Shown: piece after piece, positions 11,541 to 22,596 of the stretch
Layout of the letters: each line of letters begins with the position of its first letter
Position numbering within the stretch: position 1 is the first letter of the stretch
Source: an uncultured Actinomycetota bacterium
GTDB lineage: Bacteria; Actinomycetota; Actinomycetes; JAHEKZ01
Length of the DNA: 64,000 nt
Direction of reading: 5' to 3'
NCBI GenBank assembly: GCA_963718235.1
Contig: CAVQYR010000001.1
Coordinates: 1,952,001-2,016,000 of the forward strand
The notes under the pieces: model-generated
The model's database searches: none
What the model was told of the DNA's origin: nothing
The model's input: the letters and a program-made list of their open reading frames with translations, nothing else
Made by a program: the position numbers and the translations under genes

Positions 11541-13844
11541 TCAGGCGCTGGTGATCCGGTAGGCGTCGAACACGCCCTCCACGTTGCGGACGGCGCTCAG
11601 GACGTGGCCCAGGTGCCGGGTGTCGCCCATCTCGAAGGTGAACCGGGACAAGGCGATCCGGTCCCGCGTCGTGGTGACCGACGCGGACAGGATGTTGACG
11701 TGCTGGTCGGACAGCATCCGGGTGATGTCGGACAGTAGCCGGGCCCGGTCCAGCGCCTCGACCTGGATCGACACCAGGAAGACGCTGTTGGTCGTCGGCG
11801 CCCACTCGACCTCCACGAACCGGTCGGGCTCGGCGGACATGGACTTGACGTTGACGCAGTCGGCCCGGTGCACCGACACCCCGCTGCCCCGCGTGACGAA
11901 CCCGACGATCCGGTCGTTCGGGACCGGGGTGCAGCAGCGCGCGAGCTTCACCCAGACGTCGTCGACGCCCTTGACCACGACCCCCGGGTCACCTTGGGGT
12001 CGCGCACGCTCCTTGGTGAGCGTGGGGGTGGTGGCCTCGGCCAGGTCCTCCTCGGCGCCGTCCTCCCCACCCATCGCCTGCACCAGCCGGTGCACGACGG
12101 TCTGCGCGGACACCTGGCCCTCACCCACGGCGGCGTACAAGTGGGTGATGTCCTTCAGTCGCAGGTCGGTGGCCACCGAGAGGAGCGCGGGCCCGCTGAG
12201 GATCCGCTGGATCGGCAGGCCCTGCTTGCGCATCGCCCGCGCGATGGCGTCCTTGCCCTGCTCGATCGCCTCCTCACGGCGCTCCTTGGAGAACCACGCC
12301 TTGATCTTGTTCCGGGCCCGGGCGCTGGTGACGAAGGACAGCCAGTCTCGGCTCGGTGCTGCGTCGAGGGCCTTCGACGTGATGACCTCGACGACGTCGC
12401 CGTTGTCCAGCGGGCTGTCCAGCGGGACGAGTCGCCCGTTGACGCGTGCACCGACCGTTCGGTGCCCCACCTCGGTGTGGACGGCGTAGGCGAAGTCGAT
12501 CGGTGTCGAGCCCATGGGAAGGGCGATCACGTCGCCCTTCGGGGTGAACACGAAGGTCTCGGAGGCGTTGATCTCAAACCGGAGGGACTCAAGGAACTCG
12601 CCCGGGTCCTCGGTCTCCTGCTGCCAGTCGAGCAGCTGGCGCAGCCACTGCATGTCGTTGGGCGAGCCGGCCTGGTCGACCCGGCCGCGCGCCGAGTCCT
12701 CCTTGTACTTCCAGTGGGCGGCAACGCCGTACTCGGCCCGTCGGTGCATGGCGTGGGTACGGATCTGCAGCTCGACCGGCTTGCCCTCAGGTCCGATCAC
12801 CGTCGTGTGCAACGACTGGTACATGTTGAACTTGGGCATGGCGATGTAGTCCTTGAACCGCCCAGGCACCGGGTTCCATCGCGAGTGGATCGCACCGAGC
12901 GCGGCGTAGCAGTCGCGCACGCTGTCGACCAGGACCCGGATCCCGACCAGGTCGTAGATGTCGGCGAAGTCTCGACCGCGGACGATCATCTTCTGGTAGA
13001 CGCTGTAGTAGTGCTTGGGGCGCCCGGTGACGTCTGCGGAGACCTTGGCGGCACGAAGGTCAGTCGTGACCTCGTCGATCACGGTCTGCAGGTAGTGCTC
13101 GCGGCTCGGCGCGCGGACCTCGACAAGGTGCACGATCTCGTCGTACATCTTGGGGTACAACGTCGCGAAGGAGAGGTCCTCCAGCTCCCACTTGATCGCG
13201 TTCATGCCCAGTCGGTGGGCCAGCGGCGCGTAGATCTCCAGGGTCTCGCGGGCCTTCGACGCCTGCTTCTCCTCGGCCAGGAAGTGCAGGGTCCGCATGT
13301 TGTGCAGTCGGTCGGTCAGCTTGATCACCAGCACGCGGATGTCGCGCGCCATGGCCACGACCATCTTGCGCACCGTCTCGGCCTGGGCCGCCTGTCCGTA
13401 CTTGACCTTGTCGAGCTTGGTGACCCCGTCGACCAGCAGCGCCACCTCGGCGCCGAACTCGGCCCGGACCTGGTCGATGGTGTACTCGGTGTCCTCGACC
13501 GTGTCGTGCAGCAGGGCGGCAGCAAGGGTGGGCGGGGTCATCCCGAGGTCGGCCAGGATCTGGGCCACGGCCAACGGGTGGGTGATGTAGGGGTCACCGC
13601 TACGTCGCAGCTGACCGCGGTGCTTCTCCTCGGCGACGACGTACGCCCGCTCGATCAGCTTGACGTCGGCCCTGGGATGGTTGCCGCGCACGGTGCGGAC
13701 CAGGGGCTCCAGCACCGGAAGGGAGGTCCGGGCGCCGCCGAGGCGGGACAGGGCGGTGCGGACGCGCCCGGCGTAGTGGTCGTCTGGGACGTGCGGGGGC
13801 TCACGGTCGCTGCGGACCGCCGGTGGGCTGACCGGATCGGTCAC
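11541..13844 (-). CDS. relA: Bifunctional (p)ppGpp synthetase/hydrolase Rel
   Basis: HD domain ([27 protein letters not shown]), synthetase ([21 protein letters not shown]), TGS, CC zinc region and ACT. Confidence 0.98.
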   Translation of the reverse strand: MTDPVSPPAVRSDREPPHVPDDHYAGRVRTALSRLGGARTSLPVLEPLVRTVRGNHPRADVKLIERAYVVAEEKHRGQLRRSGDPYITHPLAVAQILADLGMTPPTLAAALLHDTVEDTEYTIDQVRAEFGAEVALLVDGVTKLDKVKYGQAAQAETVRKMVVAMARDIRVLVIKLTDRLHNMRTLHFLAEEKQASKARETLEIYAPLAHRLGMNAIKWELEDLSFATLYPKMYDEIVHLVEVRAPSREHYLQTVIDEVTTDLRAAKVSADVTGRPKHYYSVYQKMIVRGRDFADIYDLVGIRVLVDSVRDCYAALGAIHSRWNPVPGRFKDYIAMPKFNMYQSLHTTVIGPEGKPVELQIRTHAMHRRAEYGVAAHWKYKEDSARGRVDQAGSPNDMQWLRQLLDWQQETEDPGEFLESLRFEINASETFVFTPKGDVIALPMGSTPIDFAYAVHTEVGHRTVGARVNGRLVPLDSPLDNGDVVEVITSKALDAAPSRDWLSFVTSARARNKIKAWFSKERREEAIEQGKDAIARAMRKQGLPIQRILSGPALLSVATDLRLKDITHLYAAVGEGQVSAQTVVHRLVQAMGGEDGAEEDLAEATTPTLTKERARPQGDPGVVVKGVDDVWVKLARCCTPVPNDRIVGFVTRGSGVSVHRADCVNVKSMSAEPDRFVEVEWAPTTNSVFLVSIQVEALDRARLLSDITRMLSDQHVNILSASVTTTRDRIALSRFTFEMGDTRHLGHVLSAVRNVEGVFDAYRITSA

Positions 13845-13876
13845 TCGTCACCCCTGCGCAGGTTGGTCGTGCGCCC

Positions 13877-13882
13877 AGTGTA
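13877..13882 (-). promoter_or_regulatory. Probable sigma-A -10 element (TACACT) for relA
   Basis: TANNNT hexamer in the apt-relA gap about 32 nt upstream of the start. Confidence 0.45.
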
Positions 13883-13898
13883 GGCGAGCACGGTCGCG

Positions 13899-14432
13899 TC
13901 AGTAGGTGAGCAGCACCTCGACGTCGACGCCAGGCAGCTGCTGCCGACCGTGCAGGAACTCCAGCTCGATCAGGAAGCTCGCCCCGACGACGTCGGCGCC
14001 GGTCTGCCGGATCAGCTCGACGGTGGCTGCGGCGGTGCCTCCTGTGGCCAGGACGTCGTCGACGACGAGTACGCGCTCACCGGGCGACAGCCCGTCGCGG
14101 TGGATCTCCAGCGTGGCACTGCCGTACTCCAGGTCGTACGCCCGCTCGAAGGTCGTGTGCGGCAGCTTGCCGACCTTGCGGACCGGAACGAAACCGGCCC
14201 CGAAGTGGTAGGCGACCGGTGCGGCCAGGATGAAGCCACGAGCCTCGACCCCGACGACCTTGTCGACGCTCCCCCTGCCGTACCGGGCGACGATCGCGTC
14301 GACCACTGCGGAGAAGGCCATCGGGTCGGCCAGCAGCGGGGTGATGTCGCGGAAGACCACACCCGGCTTCGGGTAGTCCGGGACATCGCGGACTCTGGCT
14401 CGCAGCAGCGACTCGAGGTCCGGCAACGTCAC
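13899..14432 (-). CDS. apt: Adenine phosphoribosyltransferase
   Basis: PDYPKPGVVFRDITPLL, EARGF, VRKVGKLP, LEYG, VDDVLATGGT. Confidence 0.97.
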   Translation of the reverse strand: MTLPDLESLLRARVRDVPDYPKPGVVFRDITPLLADPMAFSAVVDAIVARYGRGSVDKVVGVEARGFILAAPVAYHFGAGFVPVRKVGKLPHTTFERAYDLEYGSATLEIHRDGLSPGERVLVVDDVLATGGTAAATVELIRQTGADVVGASFLIELEFLHGRQQLPGVDVEVLLTY

Positions 14433-14434
14433 GG

Positions 14435-15580
14435 CTACCGCTTGCTGCCCGAGCCGCCCGAGCGTCGCTTGGACGACGGACGTCGCTTCGGCTGGTTCCG
14501 TTGGCCCGCCACGGTGCCGGTGGAGCCAGACCCCTCCGCAGCGACGGTTGCGGTTGCTGCCACCGGTGCAGCCCCTGCACCCGGCTCGGCCTCGACCCCG
14601 CGCGAGGCCCGACGTGCGGTCACTCGGGCGTTCAGCGCCTTCATCGCCGGCTCCCGCTCCTTGAGGTCGGCCAGCACCGGAGTGGCGATGAACACCGACG
14701 AGTAGGTACCCACGGCAATGCCGACGAACAAGGCCAGCGCGAGGTCCTTCAGCGTGCCTGCGCCGAGCACGTACGCGCCCACGAAGAGCAGCGCGGCCAC
14801 GGGCAGCAGACCGACGATCGAGGTGTTGATCGACCGGACCAGCGTCTGGTTGACCGCCAGGTTGGCTGCGTCGCTGTAGGTCATCCGGCTGCCGGCAGTG
14901 AGTCCTCGGGTGTTCTCCTTGACCTTGTCGAACACGACCACGGTGTCGTACAGGGAGTAGCCGAGGATGGTGAGGACACCGATGACCGACGCCGGCGTGA
15001 CCTCGAAGCCCACCAGGGCGTAGATGCCGACAGTGATGAACACATCGTGCGCGAGGGCGACCAGTGCCGCGATGGCCATGCGCCACTCGAAGGCCACCGA
15101 CAGGTAGAGCACGATGGCGGCCAGGAACACCACAAGGCCGGTCAGGGCCTTCTTGGTGATCGACTGGCCCCAGGAGGGCCCGATGACCGTCGTGGACACG
15201 TCGTCGAGCGGTGTGTCGCAGGCACTGGCCAGAGACTCGGCCACGGTGGCGCTGCGTTCGGCACCGAGCGACACGGTCTGCACCCTGATGTCCCGTCCGC
15301 TCGAGCCCTTGACCTCGGTGACGATCGGCTCCTCGGTGGTGACACCAGCATCGGACACCGCGGTACGAGCGGTCTCGACGGTGCAGGTCTCGCTGGGGAC
15401 CGTGAACACCGAACCGCCGGTGAACTCGACGCCGAAGTTGAGCCCGCGAAAGCCGAGTGCGCCCAGCGCGATGATGAGCAGGACGGCCGAGGCCGCGTAC
15501 CAGCGGCGCTGGTTGCCGACGATGTTGAACGAGATGTCACCGCGGTAGAGGTTGTTGCCCAGCTGGGACAGACGTGACAC
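14435..15580 (-). CDS. secF: Protein translocase subunit SecF
   Basis: GLNFGVEFTGG, IGPSWG, GYSLYDTVVVFDKVKEN, QTLVRSINTS. Confidence 0.97.
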   Translation of the reverse strand: MSRLSQLGNNLYRGDISFNIVGNQRRWYAASAVLLIIALGALGFRGLNFGVEFTGGSVFTVPSETCTVETARTAVSDAGVTTEEPIVTEVKGSSGRDIRVQTVSLGAERSATVAESLASACDTPLDDVSTTVIGPSWGQSITKKALTGLVVFLAAIVLYLSVAFEWRMAIAALVALAHDVFITVGIYALVGFEVTPASVIGVLTILGYSLYDTVVVFDKVKENTRGLTAGSRMTYSDAANLAVNQTLVRSINTSIVGLLPVAALLFVGAYVLGAGTLKDLALALFVGIAVGTYSSVFIATPVLADLKEREPAMKALNARVTARRASRGVEAEPGAGAAPVAATATVAAEGSGSTGTVAGQRNQPKRRPSSKRRSGGSGSKR

Positions 15581-15581
15581 G

Positions 15582-17327
15582 TCAGGCCTCCTTCGTGGCC
15601 GACGCGGTACGTCGACGACGCACGTCCGGCGCGGGACGCGCCTTGGCGCCGAGTCGCTCCGGGGACAGCCCGGACCACTTGCTGCCGCTGTTGAAGAACT
15701 TGGTGCGTGCCAGCAGGCTGATGATCGGCTTGGTGAACATGAACACGACCAGTAGGTCGATCACGGTGGTGAGTCCCAGTGAGAACGCGAAGCCTCGGAC
15801 GCCGCCGACGGACAACAGGTACAGGACCACGGCTGCGATGATCGAGATGAAGTCCGCGGCGACGATGGTGCGACGGGCCCGAGCCCAACCGGTCTCGAGC
15901 GCCACCCGAAGCGACCGTCCGTCGCGGACCTCGTCTCGGATCCGCTCGAAGTACACGATGAACGAGTCTGCGGTGATACCGATCGCAACGATGAGACCGG
16001 CCACACCGGCCAGCGTCAGGGTGAACCCGATCGTCTCGCCGAGCAGGACCACCGAGCCGTAGGTCAACAAGGCCGCGATGACCAAGGAGGCGACGGCGAC
16101 GAGGGCCAGGGCGCGGTAGTAGACCAGCAGGTAGACGACCACGAGCAGCAGACCAAGGGCACCTGCGATCAGACCCCCGCGCAGCTGGTCGGATCCCAGG
16201 CTCGGCGACACGGTCTGCTGCTCGCCGACCTCGAAGGCCAAGGGCAGCGCGCCGTACTTGAGCACCGTGGCGAGGTCGGTGGCCTCCTGCTGGGTGAACG
16301 ACCCGGTGATCTGCGCCGTCCCCCCGAGGATCGGTTCGTTCACCTGGGGTGCTGAGATGACCACCCCGTCGAGCACGATCGCGAACTGGTCGGTCGGCGG
16401 AGTCTGCCCGAACAGCCGGGTCGTGGTGTCGGCGAACTGCTTGGTGCCCTTGCCGTCGAAGGACAACGACACCGCCCAGCTGGTGGAGTTCTGGGGCAGG
16501 ACCGCCGACGCCCCGTCGATGTCGGCGCCGTCGACCGCAACCGGTTCGAGCAGGTACTTGGCGGCCCCGGTCTCGTCGCAGGCGGCAATCGGCTTGGTGG
16601 CATCGGTGACCACGCCGGCACCCGCCTTCGCCGGCTTGCTGCAGTCGAGCTCCTGGAACTGCTGCAGCAGGGCGGCGTCTGGCTGGGCCGGGGTGCTCGG
16701 CGAGGCCGAGGGCGACGGCGTGGGGCTCGGGGACTCCGTGACCGACGGGCTCGGCGAGTCACTCGCCTTCGGGCTGGGTGTCGCCGTCTTGTCGACCCGG
16801 GGCAGCGCAGCCCCATTTGCCGTCGGGTTGGCCGACGGGTCGCCCGAGCTGACCCCCTCCGGCTGCTGGTCCTGCTTCTGGCCGGGCTTCTTCTTGGTCG
16901 GGCTCGGGCTCGGAGACGGTTGGGGCGTGGGGGCGCCCGACGCCACCTGGAGCACCGGGCGGAAGGACAGCCGCGCGGTGCGTCCGACCAGCTCGACCAG
17001 GTCGGACTGGGTGACGCCGGGCACGGAGACGACGATCACCGCCTCCGAGCCGGAACCCTGGGCGGTGACCTCGGCCTCCGAGACACCGAAGGCGTTGACC
17101 CGGTCCTGGATGATCTGGACGGCCTGGTCGATGGACTCGTCGGTGATGTCACCGGTGGCGCCGTCGGCCACGCTGGGCTGCAGCGTGACCGTGGTTCCCC
17201 CCTGGAGGTCGAGGCCCAGCCGCGGGGTGTTGACCCCACTGACCAGCATCCACCCACCCAGCAGGGCACCGATGACGGCGAGCACGAGGAGCGTCCGCCC
17301 CGGTCGCACACTTCCGGCTGTCGCCAC
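15582..17327 (-). CDS. secD: Protein translocase subunit SecD
   Basis: LGLDLQGG, FAIVLDG, LKYGALP, GITADSFIVYFERIRDE; Pro/Ser-rich insert in the extracytoplasmic domain. Confidence 0.97.
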   Translation of the reverse strand: MATAGSVRPGRTLLVLAVIGALLGGWMLVSGVNTPRLGLDLQGGTTVTLQPSVADGATGDITDESIDQAVQIIQDRVNAFGVSEAEVTAQGSGSEAVIVVSVPGVTQSDLVELVGRTARLSFRPVLQVASGAPTPQPSPSPSPTKKKPGQKQDQQPEGVSSGDPSANPTANGAALPRVDKTATPSPKASDSPSPSVTESPSPTPSPSASPSTPAQPDAALLQQFQELDCSKPAKAGAGVVTDATKPIAACDETGAAKYLLEPVAVDGADIDGASAVLPQNSTSWAVSLSFDGKGTKQFADTTTRLFGQTPPTDQFAIVLDGVVISAPQVNEPILGGTAQITGSFTQQEATDLATVLKYGALPLAFEVGEQQTVSPSLGSDQLRGGLIAGALGLLLVVVYLLVYYRALALVAVASLVIAALLTYGSVVLLGETIGFTLTLAGVAGLIVAIGITADSFIVYFERIRDEVRDGRSLRVALETGWARARRTIVAADFISIIAAVVLYLLSVGGVRGFAFSLGLTTVIDLLVVFMFTKPIISLLARTKFFNSGSKWSGLSPERLGAKARPAPDVRRRRTASATKEA

Positions 17328-17401
17328 GAATGTCCTATCTCTCGCACCTGGTCAAGCCAAGGAAGTATCCCTGACCAGGCGTGGACACCGGCGCAGCGGG
17401 G

Positions 17402-17713
17402 TCAGTCCGGGCGTGCCGCGTCGTCGCGTTCCGACGCCGGGTCATCTGGCACGGGCGGTGCCGACCGGACCTGGCCCACGGCGGCCTTGACCATCCTCAG
17501 CTCGACGCCCGGTGCCACGCGCAGGGTCACCTCGTCGTCGTCGACCTGGGTCAGGGTGCCGATCACTCCCGCCGTGGTGATGATCTCCTGGCCCGGGGCG
17601 AGGGAGTTGCGCAGCTGCACGGCCTCGCGCTGACGACGCTGGGCCGGGCGGATGATGAGGAACCACAGCGCCGCCACGGGCAGCAACAAGATCAGGATCT
17701 CTGCGCCGCCCAT
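17402..17713 (-). CDS. yajC: Preprotein translocase subunit YajC
   Basis: TM helix LILLLPVAALWFLIIRP, L.PGQEIITTAGVIG; upstream of secD; ATG 17713 with GAGAGGG. Confidence 0.92.
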   Translation of the reverse strand: MGGAEILILLLPVAALWFLIIRPAQRRQREAVQLRNSLAPGQEIITTAGVIGTLTQVDDDEVTLRVAPGVELRMVKAAVGQVRSAPPVPDDPASERDDAARPD

Positions 17714-17795
17714 GGGTTCCCTCTCGGTCTTCGCCGGTCTCTGGCGTCCGGTCCGGCCCGCTACACTGCTCGGTGCCCACCCGGCCGTCTCGAGC

Positions 17796-18905
17796 CTACA
17801 AGCCGGAGTCGAGGTCGGTCGGGTCGAACAGGACGTCACCCACCTGGGTCCCCCTGGGTGGCGCGAGCCCCAGGTGTCGCCAGGCCTCCGCCGTGGCCAC
17901 CCGGCCCCGGGGGGTGCGGGCCAGCAGGCCGCACCGGACGAGGAACGGCTCGGCCACCTCCTCCACGGTCTCCCGCTCCTCGCCGACGGCCACCGCGAGC
18001 GTGGAGGCACCCACGGGTCCCCCTCCGAACCTGCGGACCAGCGCGTCCAGGACCGCCCGGTCGAGGCGGTCCAGTCCTCGCTCGTCGACCTCGTAGACCA
18101 CGAGCGCGGCGGCTGCCGTGGGCCCGTCGACCACTCCGCTCGCTCGGACCTGGGCGTAGTCGCGGACCCGCCGCAGCAGCCGGTTGGCCACCCGGGGCGT
18201 GCCGCGCGACCGCCCGGCGATCTCCGCTGCGCCCTCGTCGGTCAGCGGGACGTCGAGCAGGTGGGCCGAGCGGCGCAGGACGTGCTCGAGCTCCGACGGG
18301 TCGTAGAAGTCCAGATGGGCGGTGAAGCCGAACCGGTCCCGCAGCGGGCTGGGCAGGAGCCCGGCCCTGGTCGTGGCCCCGACCAGGGTGAAGTGCGGGA
18401 GGTCGAGCGGGATGGCGGTGGCCCCTGGCCCCTTGCCGACGATGATGTCGACCCGGAAGTCCTCCATCGCCAGGTAGAGCATCTCCTCCACGGGACGGGC
18501 GAGCCGGTGGATCTCGTCGACGAAGAGCACCTCGCCCTCGCTCAGGGACGACAGCACCGCGGCGAGGTCACCGGCGTGCTGGATCGCCGGCCCGCTGGTG
18601 AGTCGCAAGGGGACCCCGGCCTCGGTCGCGATGATCATCGCCAGGGTCGTCTTGCCCAGACCGGGGGGGCCGGAGAGCAGGACGTGGTCGGGGGCGCCGC
18701 CGCGCTGCTGGGCGGCCTGGAGCACCAGGCTCAGCTGCTCGCGCACCCGGTGCTGGCCGATGAACTCCTCCAGGCTCTTCGGCCGCAGCGCTGCCTCGGC
18801 GGCCTGGTCGTCGGGACCGGCCACCCCGTCGAGCAGTCCGGCCAGCTCGTGAGGGGTCTGCTCGGTGCCGCGCGCGGGCTCGTCCCGGGTGGTCACCGCG
18901 GTCAC
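17796..18905 (-). CDS. ruvB: Holliday junction branch migration helicase RuvB
   Basis: [51 protein letters not shown]. Confidence 0.98.
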   Translation of the reverse strand: MTAVTTRDEPARGTEQTPHELAGLLDGVAGPDDQAAEAALRPKSLEEFIGQHRVREQLSLVLQAAQQRGGAPDHVLLSGPPGLGKTTLAMIIATEAGVPLRLTSGPAIQHAGDLAAVLSSLSEGEVLFVDEIHRLARPVEEMLYLAMEDFRVDIIVGKGPGATAIPLDLPHFTLVGATTRAGLLPSPLRDRFGFTAHLDFYDPSELEHVLRRSAHLLDVPLTDEGAAEIAGRSRGTPRVANRLLRRVRDYAQVRASGVVDGPTAAAALVVYEVDERGLDRLDRAVLDALVRRFGGGPVGASTLAVAVGEERETVEEVAEPFLVRCGLLARTPRGRVATAEAWRHLGLAPPRGTQVGDVLFDPTDLDSGL

Positions 18906-19513
18906 CGGGGTCCGAGGGTGCGCAGGGCAGAGCGCAGCAACGCGCCCACGTCGACCCGGAGGCCGGACTCCTCGGCGGCCGCCGCCTCGGGAGCCACCGC
19001 CTCGACCGCCTTGGCGGCATCGGCCGGCGACCAGCCCAGCCCGACCAGCGCGGCGTGCACCTGATCCGCCCACTCCGCGGCCCGACCCGGGTCGGTACCC
19101 GTAGGCGCCGAACCCGCTCCGAGCTTGTCCTTCAGCTCGAGCACCAACCGCTGGGCCCCCTTGCGGCCGATCCCTGGCACCGCCATCAGGGCCGTGACGT
19201 CGTCGGTGGCCACCAGACGGCGCAGCACGTCGGGCCGGTGCACGGCCAGCACCGCCTGGGCCAGCCGCGGCCCGACGCCGGACACGCTCTGGAGCTGCTC
19301 GAACACGGCCCGCTCGTCGTCGTCGGCGAACCCGAACAAGGTCAGGGAGTCCTCGCGCACGACCAGCGCGGTCGCCAGCTGCGCGGACTCGCCGTGGCGC
19401 AGCCCGGCGAGCGTGGCGGGGGTGCACTGGACCGCAAGGCCCACGCCGCCCACCTGCAGCACCGCGTGGTCGCCGTGCACCGCGGCCACCCGCCCCGAGA
19501 CGAAGGCGATCAC
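18902..19513 (-). CDS. ruvA: Holliday junction branch migration protein RuvA
   Basis: [45 protein letters not shown]. Confidence 0.97.
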   Translation of the reverse strand: MIAFVSGRVAAVHGDHAVLQVGGVGLAVQCTPATLAGLRHGESAQLATALVVREDSLTLFGFADDDERAVFEQLQSVSGVGPRLAQAVLAVHRPDVLRRLVATDDVTALMAVPGIGRKGAQRLVLELKDKLGAGSAPTGTDPGRAAEWADQVHAALVGLGWSPADAAKAVEAVAPEAAAAEESGLRVDVGALLRSALRTLGPR

Positions 19514-20037
19514 GGCGCGACCTCGGCCCGCTGACGTGCGACCGCCTCGTCGATCCGGCGCTGGGCACCTCCACGCCAGACGTGGCAGATGGCCAGCGCC
19601 AGCGCATCGGCGGCGTCGGCCGGGCGCGGGGTGGTCGGGAGGCGAAGCAGTCGGGTCACCATCGCACCGACCTGGGCCTTGTCGGCCCGTCCCTGTCCGG
19701 TGACCGCGGCCTTGACCTCGCTGGGGGTGTGCAGGGCGACCGGGATCCCTCGACGGGCCGCAGCAGCCAGGGCGACGCCGGACACCTGCGCCACGCCCAT
19801 GACGGTGCGCACGTTGTGCTGGCTGAACACCCGCTCCACCGCCACCGCGTCGGGCCGGTAGGACTCGAGCCAGGCGTCGATGACCCGTTCGATCGCGACG
19901 AGCCTCACCGCGAGGTCGGTGTCCGGGGTGGTCCGGACGACGTCGACCGCCACCAGCGTCAAGGGCCGACCCACGCTGCCGTCGACCACGCCCAGCCCGC
20001 AACGGGTCAGGCCTGGGTCGATCCCGAGCACGCGCAC
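19510..20037 (-). CDS. ruvC: Crossover junction endodeoxyribonuclease RuvC
   Basis: [45 protein letters not shown]; GTG 20037 with AAGGAG. Confidence 0.97.
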   Translation of the reverse strand: MRVLGIDPGLTRCGLGVVDGSVGRPLTLVAVDVVRTTPDTDLAVRLVAIERVIDAWLESYRPDAVAVERVFSQHNVRTVMGVAQVSGVALAAAARRGIPVALHTPSEVKAAVTGQGRADKAQVGAMVTRLLRLPTTPRPADAADALALAICHVWRGGAQRRIDEAVARQRAEVAP

Positions 20038-20055
20038 GCAACGACTCCTTCGGCG

Positions 20056-20073
20056 TCCGAACAGGTGTTCGGA
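20056..20073. promoter_or_regulatory. LexA (SOS) box upstream of ruvCAB
   Basis: TCCGAAC-AGGT-GTTCGGA matches the actinobacterial CGAAC-N4-GTTCG consensus; abuts a TACGCT -10 (20073-20078, minus). Confidence 0.8.
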
Positions 20074-20118
20074 GCGTACCTGCGCGGTCGGACGGCCCAC
20101 GGGCGACGCGCCGGGACC

Positions 20119-20880
20119 TCAGCCGACCGCCGCCATCACCTCGTCGCTGACGTCGAAGTTGGCCCACACGTTCTGTACGTCGTCGGAGTCCTCGAGCGCC
20201 TCGATCAGCCGGAAGACCGAGGTGGCCCCGGCCTCGTCGAGGGGAACGGTCACACTCGGCACGAACGACGCCTCGGCCGACTCGTACTCCAGGCCCGCCT
20301 CCTGCAACGCCGTGCGGACCGACACGAGGTCGGTGGGCTCGCTGACCACCTCGAAGGTCTCCCCGAGATCGTTGACCTCCTCCGCGCCCGCGTCGAGCAC
20401 GGCGGCCAGCACGGTGTCCTCGTCGGCGCCCAGGCCGCCCTGCTCTCGGGGCACCAGCACGATCCCCTTTCGGGTGAACAGGTAGGAGACCGACCCGGGA
20501 TCGGCCATCGAGCCCCCGTTGCGGGTCATCGCCACCCGGACCTCGCTCGCCGCCCGGTTGCGGTTGTCGGTCAGGCACTCGATCAGGACGGCGACGCCCG
20601 ACGGACCGTAGCCCTCGTACATGATCGTCTGGTACTCCGCCCCGCCGGCCTCGAGCCCGGCGCCGCGCTTGAGCGCCCGGTCGATGTTGTCGTTGGGGAC
20701 CGAGCTCTTCTTCGCCTTGACGATCGCGTCGTACAGCGTCGGGTTGGCCGCCGGGTCCGCGCCCCCCACCCGCGCCGCGACCTCGACGTTCTTGATCAGC
20801 TTGGCGAACAGCTTGCCGCGCTTGGCGTCGACGACCGCCTTCTTGTGCTTGGTGGTGGCCCACTTGGAGTGGCCGGACAT
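20119..20880 (-). CDS. yebC: YebC/PmpR (TACO1) family protein
   Basis: [39 protein letters not shown]. Confidence 0.96.
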   Translation of the reverse strand: MSGHSKWATTKHKKAVVDAKRGKLFAKLIKNVEVAARVGGADPAANPTLYDAIVKAKKSSVPNDNIDRALKRGAGLEAGGAEYQTIMYEGYGPSGVAVLIECLTDNRNRAASEVRVAMTRNGGSMADPGSVSYLFTRKGIVLVPREQGGLGADEDTVLAAVLDAGAEEVNDLGETFEVVSEPTDLVSVRTALQEAGLEYESAEASFVPSVTVPLDEAGATSVFRLIEALEDSDDVQNVWANFDVSDEVMAAVG

Positions 20881-20912
20881 CGCTGGACGCCTCCTGACGG
20901 GGGTGGTCGTGA

Positions 20913-21515
20913 CTACTGCGAGACGACCTGGTCGACGAACCACCGGTGGATCCGGGTGTCGCCGGTCAGCTCGGGGTGGAAGCTGGTGGCCACCAGGTTG
21001 CCCCGGCGGACCGCAACGATCGTACCCGCGTCCGAGCCGTCGGGGATCCGGGCCAGCACCTCCACGCCGGCCCCCACCGACTCGACCCAGGGCGCCCGGA
21101 TGAACACGGCGTGGAAGTCGGGCTTTCCGACGGCCGACAGGCGGACGTCGGTCTCGAACGAGTCGACCTGCCGGCCGAAGGCGTTGCGGCGCACGGTCAT
21201 GTCGATGCCGCCGATGGTCTCCTGGTCGTCACGACCGTCGAGGACCCGGTCGGCGAGCAGGATCATGCCCGCGCAGGTTCCGTAGACCGGCAGCCCCGCA
21301 GCCACGGCGGCGCGAAGGGGCTGCAACAGCTCGAAGGTCACCGCCAGGCGCGACATGGTGGTCGACTCGCCACCGGGCAGGACCAGCGCGTCGACGGCGT
21401 CCAGCTCGCGCACCCGGCGGACCGTGACCGCTGTGGCCCCGACCTGGCGCAGCGCGGTCAGGTGCTCTCGGACGTCCCCTTGCAGCGCAAGGACCCCGAC
21501 GACCGGCGCCGCCAT
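20913..21515 (-). CDS. pdxT: Pyridoxal 5'-phosphate synthase glutaminase subunit
   Basis: GVLALQG, PGGEST, GTCAG, RNAFGRQ, FIRAP, SFHPEL. Confidence 0.97.
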   Translation of the reverse strand: MAAPVVGVLALQGDVREHLTALRQVGATAVTVRRVRELDAVDALVLPGGESTTMSRLAVTFELLQPLRAAVAAGLPVYGTCAGMILLADRVLDGRDDQETIGGIDMTVRRNAFGRQVDSFETDVRLSAVGKPDFHAVFIRAPWVESVGAGVEVLARIPDGSDAGTIVAVRRGNLVATSFHPELTGDTRIHRWFVDQVVSQ

Positions 21516-21543
21516 GCGTTCCCGCCTCTCACCACGTGACGCC

Positions 21544-21571
21544 CCAGGAACCGGTGCGCACCGGTTCCTGG
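21544..21571. repeat. 28-bp perfect palindrome between pdxS and pdxT
   Basis: CCAGGAACCGGTGC|GCACCGGTTCCTGG. Confidence 0.85.
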
Positions 21572-21577
21572 CCGGTG

Positions 21578-22486
21578 CTACCAGCCGCGGTCGGCGTAGC
21601 GCTCGGACTCAGGGAGCGTGTCGATGTTGATCCCGACCATCGCCTCGCCCAGCCCCCGGGAGACCTTCGCGATGACGTCGGGGTCGTCGTAGAACGTGGT
21701 CGCCTTGACGATGGCTTCGGCCCGCTCGGCCGGGTTCCCCGACTTGAAGATGCCCGATCCCACGAAGACACCCTCAGCGCCCAGCTGCATCATCATGGCG
21801 GCGTCGGAGGGGGTGGCCAGGCCACCCGCGGTGAACAGCACGACAGGCAAGGAGCCACGAGCCGCGACCTCGGCGACGAGCTCGTGCGGGGCGCGCAGCT
21901 CCTTGGCCGCGACGAACAGCTCGGTCTCGTCGAGCGTGGTGAGTCGTCGGATGTCGGCCCGGATCTGGCGCATGTGCCGGGTCGCCTCGACGACGTTCCC
22001 GGTGCCCGCCTCGCCCTTGCTGCGGATCATCGCAGCGCCCTCGGCGATCCGCCGCAGCGCCTCGCCCAGGTTGGTCGCCCCGCACACGAAGGGAACGGTG
22101 AAGGCCCACTTGTCGATGTGGTGCGACTCGTCGGCCGGAGTCAGGACCTCCGACTCGTCGACGTAGTCGACGCCGAGGCTCTGCAGCACCTGCGCCTCGA
22201 CGAAGTGGCCGATCCGGGCCTTGGCCATGACCGGGATCGAGACCGCGGCGATGATCTCGTCGATCATGTCGGGGTCGGACATCCGCGCCACGCCCCCGTC
22301 ACGTCGGATGTCGGCCGGGACCCGCTCGAGCGCCATCACCGCCACGGCTCCGGCGTCCTCGGCGATCTTTGCCTGCTCGGGTGTGACGACATCCATGATC
22401 ACGCCACCCTTGAGCTGCTCGGCCATGCCGCGCTTCACGCGGGCGGTGCCGACCTGGTGGCTGGGCTCGGGCGCGGTGCTGGACAC
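21578..22486 (-). CDS. pdxS: Pyridoxal 5'-phosphate synthase lyase subunit
   Basis: [49 protein letters not shown]. Confidence 0.98.
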   Translation of the reverse strand: MSSTAPEPSHQVGTARVKRGMAEQLKGGVIMDVVTPEQAKIAEDAGAVAVMALERVPADIRRDGGVARMSDPDMIDEIIAAVSIPVMAKARIGHFVEAQVLQSLGVDYVDESEVLTPADESHHIDKWAFTVPFVCGATNLGEALRRIAEGAAMIRSKGEAGTGNVVEATRHMRQIRADIRRLTTLDETELFVAAKELRAPHELVAEVAARGSLPVVLFTAGGLATPSDAAMMMQLGAEGVFVGSGIFKSGNPAERAEAIVKATTFYDDPDVIAKVSRGLGEAMVGINIDTLPESERYADRGW

Positions 22487-22596
22487 AAGAACCTCACTGG
22501 TGACACGGCGGACTCGACGGCAGGGCGTTCGTGCGGGCGAGGCCCGCGGGGCCATGGTACGCGGGCGCCTGCCCCGCGGCTCGGTCAGCCGCGGGG

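Noticed and set aside
16680-16930. Pro/Ser/Thr repeats in secD
   Set aside because: Ordinary low-complexity linker in actinobacterial SecD, not an element
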